Shown here in pieces: positions 56,336-64,000 of a stretch of 64,000 nt of DNA (the first letter of the stretch is position 1; each line of letters opens with the position of its first letter). Below the pieces are notes generated by a model, which was not told where the DNA came from, did no database searches, and was given only the letters and a program-made list of their open reading frames with translations. Made by a program: the position numbers and the translations under genes. Source of the DNA: Deltaproteobacteria bacterium RBG_16_64_85 (GTDB lineage Bacteria; Desulfobacterota; Deferrimicrobia; Deferrimicrobiales; Deferrimicrobiaceae); assembly GCA_001798885.1 (NCBI GenBank), contig MGQW01000011.1, positions 44,953 to 108,952 on the forward strand, given 5' to 3'.

Positions 56336-58582
56336 GTGGCGGCACAAGAAGGGAATACAAACAAATTGGGACACGTGTACGAAAAGGAAATATCGGGAAG
56401 AAAACTTTGCATGGAGACCGGCGTGTTGGCCAAGCAGGCGGGCGGCGCCGTGGTCGTTCGGTACGGGGACTCCTTGGTCCTCGTGACGGCGTGCGGCGAC
56501 GAGACGACTCCGCGGCAGGGGATCGATTTCCTCCCCCTCGTCGTCGACTACGTCGAGAAAACGTTCGCGGTCGGGAGGATCCCTGGCGGCTTCTTGAAGC
56601 GGGAGGGGAGGCTCTCGGAATTCGAGGTGCTGACGTCGAGGCTCATCGACCGGCCGATCCGGCCGCTGTTCCCGAAAGGGTTCTACAACGAGACCCAGGT
56701 GATCGCCACCGTCCTCTCCGCGGACAAGGAAAACGACACGAGCATCCTGGCGATGATCGGCGCTTCCGCCGCACTCACCCTCTCCGACCTCCCGTTCAGC
56801 GGGCCGATCGCCGGCGCTCGGGTAGGTCGGATCGACGGGAAGCTCGTCATCAATCCCCGGATCCCCGAGCTGGCCGGCAGCGACGTGAACATCTTCGTGG
56901 CCGGCAGCCGCGACGCCATCCTGATGGTGGAGGGAGAGGCCGGCGAGGTCCCGGAGGAGGAGGTGCTCGACGCGATCCTGTTCGCCCACGAGTCCCTCCA
57001 GCCGATCCTCGAGATGCAGGAACGGATGCGGGAGGAGATCGGCAAGCCCAAGCGCACCTTCGAGAAGAAAGAGCTCTCCGAGGAGGACCTGCGCAAGATA
57101 TCGGAGGTCGCGGAGAACGACTTGCGGGCCGCGTACGGCATCCAGGCCAAGCAGGACCGCCGGAAACGGATCGACGAGATCGCGGAGGCCGTCCGGAACG
57201 CCTTCTCCGAGGAGGAGCGCGTCGAGAAGGCCACCCTCATCGCGGAGACCTTCAAGAACCTGGAAAAGCGGATCGTCCGCGGAAAGATCCTCGCTACGGG
57301 CCAGAGGATCGACGGCCGGCGGCTCACGGACATCCGGCCCATCGAGAGCCGGGTGGGGGTGCTCCCCCGCACGCACGGCTCCGCGATCTTCACGCGGGGG
57401 GAGACCCAAGTGCTCGTCACCGCCACGCTCGGCACCACGCAGGACGAGCAGCGGATCGACTCCCTGCTGGGCGAGTCCTACAAGTCGTTCATGCTGCACT
57501 ATAACTTCCCCCCCTTCAGCGTGGGGGAGGTGAAGATGCTCCGCCAGCCCGGGCGCCGGGAAGTCGGCCACGGCGCGCTGGCCGAAAGGGCCGTCTCCAA
57601 GGTGGTCCCCGGGGAGCAGGAGTTCCCGTACACCATCCGTATCGTCTCCGAAGTCCTCGAGTCGAACGGCTCCTCCTCGATGGCCACGGTCTGCGGCGCC
57701 TCCCTCGCGATGATGGATGCGGGGATCCCCACGGCCGGCGCGGTCTCCGGCATCGCCATGGGACTCATCAAGGAAGGGGACAAGGTCGCCGTCCTCTCCG
57801 ACATCCTGGGCGACGAGGACCACTTGGGCGACATGGACTTCAAGGTGGCCGGGACCGCGAAAGGGGTCACCGCCATCCAGATGGACATCAAGATCGGGGG
57901 GGTTAGCCGGGACATCCTGCTGGCCGCCCTTCGGCAGGCCCGGGAAGGGCGCCTCCACATCCTCGACAAGATGAACGTCGCGCTCGACAAGCCCCGCGCC
58001 GAGCTGTCGCCATTTGCGCCGCGCATTTACGTCATGAACGTGAGGACCGACAAGATCCGGGAAATCATCGGCCCGGGAGGAAAGGTCATCCGCAGCATCC
58101 AGGAGCAAACCGGCGTCAAGATCGACGTCGATGACGACGGGACGGTCAAGATCGCGGCGGTCGACGCCGCTTCCGCCAGGGCGGCCATCTCCATCATCGA
58201 GGGGATCGTCCAGGAGGCCCAGGTGGGGAAGGTCTACGAGGGGAAGGTGCGCAAGATCATGGACTTCGGTGCCTTCGTGGAGCTGTTCCCCGGTACCGAC
58301 GGGCTCCTGCACGTCTCCCAGATCTCCACGAAGCGCGTCCGCTCCGTCTCCAACTGCTTCAAGGAGGGGGACAAGGTCACCGTAAGCGTCCTCGAGGTCG
58401 ACCGCGACGGGAGGATCCGCCTCTCTCACAAGGAGTTCGAGAAGGAGGGGGAATTCCCCGCCACGGCGTTCGTCGGGCCGGACGATCCGGAAGGCCGCAG
58501 CGAGCGGGAACCCCGCGGCGACCGCCCGCCGCGCGACAAGGACCGCGAGCACGGGGGCGGGAGCCGGAGAGGCAGGCGCTGA
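56336..58582 (+). CDS. pnp: Polyribonucleotide nucleotidyltransferase (PNPase)
   Basis: Two RNase PH domains, plus KH and S1 domains 'GKVRKIMDFGAFVEL'. The true start is probably TTG/GTG about 30-40 nt downstream of 56336. Basic C-terminal tail. Confidence 0.9.
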   Translation: MAAQEGNTNKLGHVYEKEISGRKLCMETGVLAKQAGGAVVVRYGDSLVLVTACGDETTPRQGIDFLPLVVDYVEKTFAVGRIPGGFLKREGRLSEFEVLTSRLIDRPIRPLFPKGFYNETQVIATVLSADKENDTSILAMIGASAALTLSDLPFSGPIAGARVGRIDGKLVINPRIPELAGSDVNIFVAGSRDAILMVEGEAGEVPEEEVLDAILFAHESLQPILEMQERMREEIGKPKRTFEKKELSEEDLRKISEVAENDLRAAYGIQAKQDRRKRIDEIAEAVRNAFSEEERVEKATLIAETFKNLEKRIVRGKILATGQRIDGRRLTDIRPIESRVGVLPRTHGSAIFTRGETQVLVTATLGTTQDEQRIDSLLGESYKSFMLHYNFPPFSVGEVKMLRQPGRREVGHGALAERAVSKVVPGEQEFPYTIRIVSEVLESNGSSSMATVCGASLAMMDAGIPTAGAVSGIAMGLIKEGDKVAVLSDILGDEDHLGDMDFKVAGTAKGVTAIQMDIKIGGVSRDILLAALRQAREGRLHILDKMNVALDKPRAELSPFAPRIYVMNVRTDKIREIIGPGGKVIRSIQEQTGVKIDVDDDGTVKIAAVDAASARAAISIIEGIVQEAQVGKVYEGKVRKIMDFGAFVELFPGTDGLLHVSQISTKRVRSVSNCFKEGDKVTVSVLEVDRDGRIRLSHKEFEKEGEFPATAFVGPDDPEGRSEREPRGDRPPRDKDREHGGGSRRGRR

Positions 58583-58593
58583 CGACCCAACCG

Positions 58594-59841
58594 ATGACGG
58601 TCGGCAAAACAGTCCTCGAGAGCGGCGTCACGATCATCAGCGAGCAGGTCCCCTACCTTTTCTCCGCGACGGTGGGGATCTGGGTTTCCGTGGGATCCCG
58701 CGCGGAGTCCCTCCCCGACAACGGCATCAGCCACTTCATCGAGCACATGCTGTTCAAGGGGACCGCCCGCCGGAAAGCCATCGACATCTCCCGCGAGGTC
58801 GAGTCGGTGGGCGGGTCGATGAACGCGGTTACCGATCGGGAGTACACCTTCTTCTTCGCCAAGGCGCTCTCGAAGGATTTCCTCCTGGTCGCCGACCTCC
58901 TCTGCGACATCTTTCTCAACTCCCGCTTCGACGGGGAGGAGCTGGAGCGCGAAAAAGGGGTCGTCCTGCAGGAGATCCTCATGGTGGAGGACAGCCCCGA
59001 GGACTACCTCCACGACTTCTTCCACGAATCGTACTGGGGAGGGCACCCGCTGGGCTTTCCCATCCAGGGGACGCCGGAGAGCGTATCCGCCTTCGACCGG
59101 GAGCGGGTGATGCGGTATTTCGGCGACCGGTTTCGGCGCTGCGGCACGGTCGTGACCGTGGTGGGGAACCTGCCGCACGACCAGGTCGTGGATGCCTTCG
59201 CGAGGGCGCTGGGCCCGCTGGCGCTGGGGGAGCGCCTCCTGCCCGATGCGCCGCCCCCTCCGGAGCGCGGCGTGTTCCTCAAGAAGCGGCCGCTCGAGCA
59301 GCTCCACCTGGCTCTCGGGGCCCCGGCGATCTCCCGGAGAAGCGAGCTCAAGTACGTGGCCTATGTCCTGAACACGATCCTGGGCGGCAGCATGAGCAGC
59401 CGCCTCTTCCAGGAAATCCGCGAGAAGCGCGGCCTCGCCTATTCCATCTATTCCGCCATTTCCGCCTACGAAGATTCGGGGATCCTGAAGATCTGCGCCG
59501 GGACGTCGCGGGACAAGGCGCGCGAAGTGCTGACGGTGACGGGGGAGGTGGTCGATGGGATGCGGGAGGGGCGCTTCGAGGACAGGGAGGTCGCCCTGGC
59601 GAAGGAACTGATCAAGGGAAACATGCTCCTCAACCTGGAGAGCGCCGAGTACCGCATGTCCCGCCTGGCGATGAACGAAATGTTTCTGGGGCGCCTCGAG
59701 CCGCCCGAGGAAGCGCTGCGCCGGGTGGAAGAAGTAACCCCGGAGCAGGTGCGCAAGCTCGCCGCAACGATGCTCGACCGGGAGCGGTTCTCCCTTGCCG
59801 CCGTCGGCGACCTGCCGGCGGGCCCCCGGCTGGCATTCTAG
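58594..59841 (+). CDS. M16-family (pitrilysin/insulinase-like) zinc peptidase
   Basis: Inverted zinc motif 'HFIEH' and the downstream Glu region. 415 aa. Confidence 0.8.
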   Translation: MTVGKTVLESGVTIISEQVPYLFSATVGIWVSVGSRAESLPDNGISHFIEHMLFKGTARRKAIDISREVESVGGSMNAVTDREYTFFFAKALSKDFLLVADLLCDIFLNSRFDGEELEREKGVVLQEILMVEDSPEDYLHDFFHESYWGGHPLGFPIQGTPESVSAFDRERVMRYFGDRFRRCGTVVTVVGNLPHDQVVDAFARALGPLALGERLLPDAPPPPERGVFLKKRPLEQLHLALGAPAISRRSELKYVAYVLNTILGGSMSSRLFQEIREKRGLAYSIYSAISAYEDSGILKICAGTSRDKAREVLTVTGEVVDGMREGRFEDREVALAKELIKGNMLLNLESAEYRMSRLAMNEMFLGRLEPPEEALRRVEEVTPEQVRKLAATMLDRERFSLAAVGDLPAGPRLAF

Positions 59842-59842
59842 A

Positions 59843-60295
59843 ATGACGGGCGACAGAGTGATTCCCGTCCGGCTCCTCCGCGATGGGGCCGGGGATCTGC
59901 TGCCCGCCTACCAGACCGAAGGCGCGGCCGGGATGGACCTGCGCGCCGATATCGACGAGGAGATCGTGCTTCCGCCGATGGGGCGGGCGATGATCCCGAC
60001 GGGGATCTCCGTGGCGCTCCCCGCCGGCGTGGAGGCGCAGGTCCGGCCCCGCAGCGGTCTTGCGGCGCGGCATGGAGTGACCTGCCTGAACTCGCCCGGC
60101 ACCATCGACTCCGACTACCGCGGTGAGATCCTCGTGATCCTCATCAACCTCGGAAACGAGCCGTTTTCCGTGCGGCGGGGCGACCGGATTGCGCAGCTGG
60201 TCTTCGCGACGTCCCTGCGGGCGTCCCTCCGGGTCGTCGACGACCTCGACGCGACCCGGCGCGGGGAAGGCGGGTTCGGGCACACCGGGGTGTAA
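59843..60295 (+). CDS. dut: dUTP diphosphatase
   Basis: dUTPase motifs 'AGMDLRA', 'RSGLA', '[10 protein letters not shown]', 'GDRIAQL', '[10 protein letters not shown]'. Confidence 0.9.
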   Translation: MTGDRVIPVRLLRDGAGDLLPAYQTEGAAGMDLRADIDEEIVLPPMGRAMIPTGISVALPAGVEAQVRPRSGLAARHGVTCLNSPGTIDSDYRGEILVILINLGNEPFSVRRGDRIAQLVFATSLRASLRVVDDLDATRRGEGGFGHTGV

Positions 60296-60313
60296 CACCG
60301 GGAGGAGGGCATC

Positions 60314-61624
60314 ATGATCGAACGGTACACCAGGCCCGAGATGGCGAAAATCTGGGAACCGGAGAACCGGTTCCGGATCTGGCTGGACATCGAGCTCCTC
60401 GCGATGGAGGCGATGGTGAAGAAGGGGTGGATCCCCGCCGCCGCCCTTGCGCGGGTGCGCAAACGCGCCCGGTTCGACGTCTCCCGGATCCACGAGATCG
60501 AGAAGAGGGTCAAGCACGACGTGATCGCCTTTCTGACGTCGGTGGCCGAGCACATCGGGGACGACTCCCGGTTCCTCCACGTCGGCATGACCAGCTCCGA
60601 CGTCCTGGACACCTCCCTCGGCGTGCAGATGCGGCAGGCCCTCACGCGCCTTGTCCGCGAGGCGGAGAAGGTGTACGAGGTGCTTCGGAAGCGGGCTTTC
60701 GAGCACAAGGACACGGTGATGATCGGACGCACCCACGGCATCCACGCGGAGCCGGTAACCTTCGGGCTGAAGATGGCTTTGTGGGCCGACGAGATGCGCC
60801 GGAACGTCGCCCGGCTCAAGCGCGCGCGGGACGTGATCTCCGTGGGGAAGCTCTCGGGGGCCGTCGGGACGTTCGCGAACATCGATCCGTTCGTGGAAGA
60901 GTACGTCTGCCGGAAGCTGGGCCTCGCGCCCGCCCCTGCGTCGACCCAGGTCGTCCAGCGGGACCGGCACGCGGAGGTGTTCGCCACCCTTGCGATCGTC
61001 GGGTCCTCCCTGGACAAGTTCGCCACCGAGATCCGACACCTCCAACGGACGGAGGTCCTGGAGGTCGAGGAATTCTTCTCCGAGGGGCAGAAAGGGTCCT
61101 CCGCGATGCCCCACAAGCGGAACCCCGTGCTGTCGGAGAACCTCTCGGGACTCTCGCGCCTTTTGCGAGGGTACTCCGTCACCGCGATGGAGAACATCGC
61201 CCTCTGGCACGAGCGGGACATCAGCCACTCCTCCGCGGAGCGCGTGATCGCCCCGGATGCCACCATCGTCCTCGACTTCGCCCTCAACCGTTTCCGCGGG
61301 ATGATGGAAAAGCTGCTCGTCTACCCGGACCGCATGAAGAGGAACCTGGAGAGCACCCGGGGGCTCATCTATTCCCAGCGGGTCCTCCTGGCCCTTGCCG
61401 CAAAGGGACTCTCGCGGGAACGGGCCTACGAGGTGGTCCAGAAGTCCGCGATGGAGGCGTGGCGGGGGCAGAAGGAGCTTGCCTCCCTCCTCTGGAAGGA
61501 TCGCGAAGTCCGGGCGCTTCTCCGCAGGGAGGAGTTTGACGAACTGTTCGACATCCGGTATTACCTGAAGAGCGTCGACGCGATATTCGACCGGGTATTT
61601 GGCCGCAAAGGGAGTACGGCGTGA
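60314..61624 (+). CDS. purB: Adenylosuccinate lyase
   Basis: 'MIERYTRPEM', the fumarate-lyase signature 'GSSAMPHKRNP', and a C-terminal ASL domain. Confidence 0.92.
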   Translation: MIERYTRPEMAKIWEPENRFRIWLDIELLAMEAMVKKGWIPAAALARVRKRARFDVSRIHEIEKRVKHDVIAFLTSVAEHIGDDSRFLHVGMTSSDVLDTSLGVQMRQALTRLVREAEKVYEVLRKRAFEHKDTVMIGRTHGIHAEPVTFGLKMALWADEMRRNVARLKRARDVISVGKLSGAVGTFANIDPFVEEYVCRKLGLAPAPASTQVVQRDRHAEVFATLAIVGSSLDKFATEIRHLQRTEVLEVEEFFSEGQKGSSAMPHKRNPVLSENLSGLSRLLRGYSVTAMENIALWHERDISHSSAERVIAPDATIVLDFALNRFRGMMEKLLVYPDRMKRNLESTRGLIYSQRVLLALAAKGLSRERAYEVVQKSAMEAWRGQKELASLLWKDREVRALLRREEFDELFDIRYYLKSVDAIFDRVFGRKGSTA

Positions 61625-61851
61625 AGACGCGTCTTCGTCACCCTGAGAACCAGGGAAGGGCGTTTTTGTCCTGCCCTCCGGAAAAGAAAGCCGCGCTCCC
61701 CGCGACCGCCGCGGAGTTCCGTATTACAATGGAAGAACTGGGCGTGGTGGGATCGGCGATCGAGATCGAGGGAATCGCCCGGGTGGAGGCGCTGGAGATG
61801 AAAAGCGTCTGGGCCGGCGGCTTGGCCGGCGCGCTCGGGTACGGGGGATAA
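61621..61851 (+). CDS. Hypothetical small ORF ending in Gly-Gly (possibly only the last 40 codons, starting at ATG 61732, are real); alternatively a non-coding purF leader
   Basis: The 3' half has genome-typical GC3 codon bias. It is preceded by a 14-nt perfect palindrome GAAGACGCGTCTTC. No recognised domain. Confidence 0.25.
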   Translation: MKTRLRHPENQGRAFLSCPPEKKAALPATAAEFRITMEELGVVGSAIEIEGIARVEALEMKSVWAGGLAGALGYGG

Positions 61852-61858
61852 GCCGCGC

Positions 61859-63250
61859 ATGTGCGGAATCTTCGGCGTCATGGGCCACCCGGAAGCGGCC
61901 AATCTGACCTACCTGGGGCTCTACGCCTTGCAGCACCGGGGGCAGGAGAGCGCGGGGATCGCCTGCGCGGACGGCGACGTGATCACCTTCCACAAGGAGA
62001 TGGGGCTGGTCGCGGACATCTTCTCCGAGGAGGTCCTGGCGCGGCTTCCCGGTTTCATCGCCATCGGGCACGTCCGCTACTCGACGACCGGGAGCTCGGA
62101 GCTCAAGAACGCCCAGCCGTTCGTCGTCGATTTCGAGAGCGGCTCGATCGCGGTCGCGCACAACGGGAACCTGGTCAACGCCCACGTGCTGAAACAGGAG
62201 CTCGAGGTGAGCGGATCGATCTTCCAGTCCACGATGGACACGGAGGTCATCGTTCACCTGATTGCCCGCTCCCGACGGGGGCGGATCGAGGACCGGATCG
62301 TCGACGCGCTGGCCCAGGTACGGGGCGCCTACTCGCTCCTGTTCCTGACGCGGGACAAGCTCATCGCCGTGCGCGACCCCCACGGCATACGGCCCATGGT
62401 GCTGGGGAGGATCAAGGGGGGGCATGTCGTCTGCTCGGAATCGTGCGCCCTGAACCTCATCGAGGGAGAGCTGGTCCGGGACGTCGAGCCGGGGGAGATG
62501 ATCGTGATCGACGAGCGCGGGATGCACTCCTCCCATCCCTTTTTCCCCGCGCCGGCGCATTTCTGCGTCTTCGAGTACATCTATTTCGCCCGGCCCGACT
62601 CGATCATGGGCGGGACCAGCGTCTACGAGGTCCGCAAGCGCCTGGGACACGAACTCGCGCGCATGCACCCGGTGGACGCCGACATCGTCATCCCGGTTCC
62701 GGATTCCGGCGTGCCGGCGGCGATCGGCTACTCCGAGGAGTCGGGGATCCCCTTCGAGATGGGGCTCATCCGCAACCACTACGTCGGCCGGACCTTCATC
62801 GAGCCGCAGCAGTCGATCCGGCACTTCGGCGTCAAGATCAAGCTGAACACGGTCCGCGGGATCGTGGAGGGGAAGCGCGTCGTCGTGGTGGACGACTCGA
62901 TCGTGCGCGGGACGACGGGGCGCAAGATCATCAAGATGATCCGCATGGCGGGGGCGAAGGAGGTCCACGTCCGCATCAGTTCGCCGCCCACCGTCTTTCC
63001 GTGCTTTTACGGGATCGACACGCCGCTCCGGCGCGACCTCATCGCGGCCACGCACAGCCTCGAGGAGATCAAGGCCTACCTCACCTCCGACTCCGTGGGC
63101 TACCTGACGATCGACGCGCTGCACACCTGCGTTCCCAAGATGGAAAAGGGAACCTGCGATTCCTGTTTCTCCGGCAATTATCCGGTGCCGCTCGAGGTCC
63201 AGGAGAGCGAGGAGCAGCTTCCGCTGTTCCGGGGCTCCGTACGGATTTAA
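61859..63250 (+). CDS. purF: Amidophosphoribosyltransferase
   Basis: N-terminal nucleophile 'MCGIFGV', a PRTase motif '[13 protein letters not shown]', and C-terminal Cys residues of the 4Fe-4S type. Confidence 0.95.
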   Translation: MCGIFGVMGHPEAANLTYLGLYALQHRGQESAGIACADGDVITFHKEMGLVADIFSEEVLARLPGFIAIGHVRYSTTGSSELKNAQPFVVDFESGSIAVAHNGNLVNAHVLKQELEVSGSIFQSTMDTEVIVHLIARSRRGRIEDRIVDALAQVRGAYSLLFLTRDKLIAVRDPHGIRPMVLGRIKGGHVVCSESCALNLIEGELVRDVEPGEMIVIDERGMHSSHPFFPAPAHFCVFEYIYFARPDSIMGGTSVYEVRKRLGHELARMHPVDADIVIPVPDSGVPAAIGYSEESGIPFEMGLIRNHYVGRTFIEPQQSIRHFGVKIKLNTVRGIVEGKRVVVVDDSIVRGTTGRKIIKMIRMAGAKEVHVRISSPPTVFPCFYGIDTPLRRDLIAATHSLEEIKAYLTSDSVGYLTIDALHTCVPKMEKGTCDSCFSGNYPVPLEVQESEEQLPLFRGSVRI

Positions 63251-63286
63251 GATCCACCCATCCTCATCGGGGGAGGCCGAGACGCC

Positions 63287-63862
63287 ATGTCCCACCAGCA
63301 GGCCGCCGCAATCAGCGACCGGGAGCGGTTCCTTGCGCTCCTCAAAGAGAAGAGCTACGAGAAGCGCAAGGTGATCCTCACCTCGGGGCGCGAGTCCGAT
63401 TTCTACATCGACTGCAAGCAGGCCACGCTGACCGCCGAGGGGGCGTTCCTCTGCGGACGTCTTTTCTGCGAAATGCTGGAGAAAGGGAGTTGGCCGGAGG
63501 CGGTCGGCGGGATCACCCTGGGGGCCGATCCCATCGTGACGGCCGTGTCCCTGACCAGCGCCCTCCGCGGCCGGCCGATCCCCGCCTTCATCATCCGGAA
63601 GGAGCCCAAGAAGCACGGCACCGCCCAATGGGTGGAGGGGACGAAGAACCTGAGGCCGGGGATGAAGGTGGCGATCGTGGAGGACGTGGTGACCACCGGG
63701 GGCTCCACCCTTCGCGCGATCGAGCGGGCGGAAGAATTCGGGCTGGCGGTCTCCCGGGTGCTCTGCATCGTCGACCGGAACGAGGGGGGCGCGGAAACCA
63801 TCGCCGGGAGGGGATATCGACTCGAGGCGATGTTCCTGAAGGAGGACGTGGAAAATGCGTGA
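63287..63862 (+). CDS. pyrE: Orotate phosphoribosyltransferase
   Basis: PRPP-binding motif 'VAIVEDVVTTGGS'. 191 aa. Confidence 0.85.
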   Translation: MSHQQAAAISDRERFLALLKEKSYEKRKVILTSGRESDFYIDCKQATLTAEGAFLCGRLFCEMLEKGSWPEAVGGITLGADPIVTAVSLTSALRGRPIPAFIIRKEPKKHGTAQWVEGTKNLRPGMKVAIVEDVVTTGGSTLRAIERAEEFGLAVSRVLCIVDRNEGGAETIAGRGYRLEAMFLKEDVENA

Positions 63863-64000
63863 CCTTCGCCATTGTGCGACAAGGAATGCGCTCGCTCTCT
63901 CCTTCCTCGCGGCGATCTTCCTTTTCCCGGCCTGCGGTACCCGCGTGAGCACCCTGTACGAGAAGGTGCTGGGGTCTCCCACGTACGGCCGGACGACGGA
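63855..64000 (+). CDS. N-terminal fragment of a putative lipoprotein (runs off the window end)
   Basis: ATG at 63855, then a signal peptide with lipobox-like 'LFPACG'. The ORF is open to the window end. Confidence 0.3.
   Translation, partial: MRDLRHCATRNALALSFLAAIFLFPACGTRVSTLYEKVLGSPTYGRTT

Noticed and set aside
61700-61858. ZTP (pfl) or purine riboswitch upstream of purF
   Set aside because: Only short matches (ACUGGGCG, GGUGGGA, UCUGGGCC). The P2 hairpin partner (CCACC) and purine-riboswitch core are absent, so the matches are probably chance in GC-rich sequence.
1-64000. CRISPR arrays, integrase/transposase genes, prophage or toxin-antitoxin/defence cassettes
   Set aside because: No regularly spaced repeats and no recombinase, phage, or recognisable defence-domain ORFs were seen. 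Gene content is almost entirely conserved housekeeping with tight operon packing.

Overview
Dense, high-GC core chromosome segment of a diderm (Gram-negative-type) bacterium with about 65 genes, read by eye from the ORF track.

Housekeeping content, in order: the C-terminal part of TamB overlapping a BamA/Omp85 gene; a membrane GAF-GGDEF diguanylate cyclase followed by a sensor-less histidine kinase; tRNA-Leu(CAG); RNase R; an orphan CheY-like response regulator coupled to valS-nadC-queD; a minus-strand block mqnA-ABC permease-ABC ATPase-HlyD adaptor-TolC (MacAB-TolC-like); fba-rsmD-coaD-aspC; a nudix/LysE divergent pair; a bifunctional sugar nucleotidyltransferase/PGM-like protein; coaBC-udg-rlmI-nfeD-stomatin-spoIID-queA-tgt-yajC-secDF-recJ; speB-pdaD (pyruvoyl arginine decarboxylase plus agmatinase); fabH-rimI-pyrK-pyrD; the classic rimP-nusA-ylxR-infB-DUF503-rbfA-nrnA-truB-rpsO-pnp operon; and an M16 peptidase followed by dut-purB-purF-pyrE.

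No integrase, transposase, CRISPR array or recognisable defence cassette is present, and I do not see a clear multi-gene novel system.

The most interesting observations are:
- a 21-bp att-like direct repeat of the tRNA-Leu 3' end, next to a compositionally atypical (low-GC) secreted PAP2-like gene, which looks like an integration scar or islet;
- a promoter -> hairpin/U-tract mini-leader directly upstream of an SD-less rimP start;
- mqnA translationally coupled to a tripartite efflux pump;
- a 450-nt structured non-coding gap between aspC and a nudix gene;
- an apparent non-AUG (CTG) start for queA;
- a PGM/PMM-like domain with an altered phosphoserine loop.

Long ORFs antisense to valS, secDF-recJ, infB and pnp are GC-skew artifacts.
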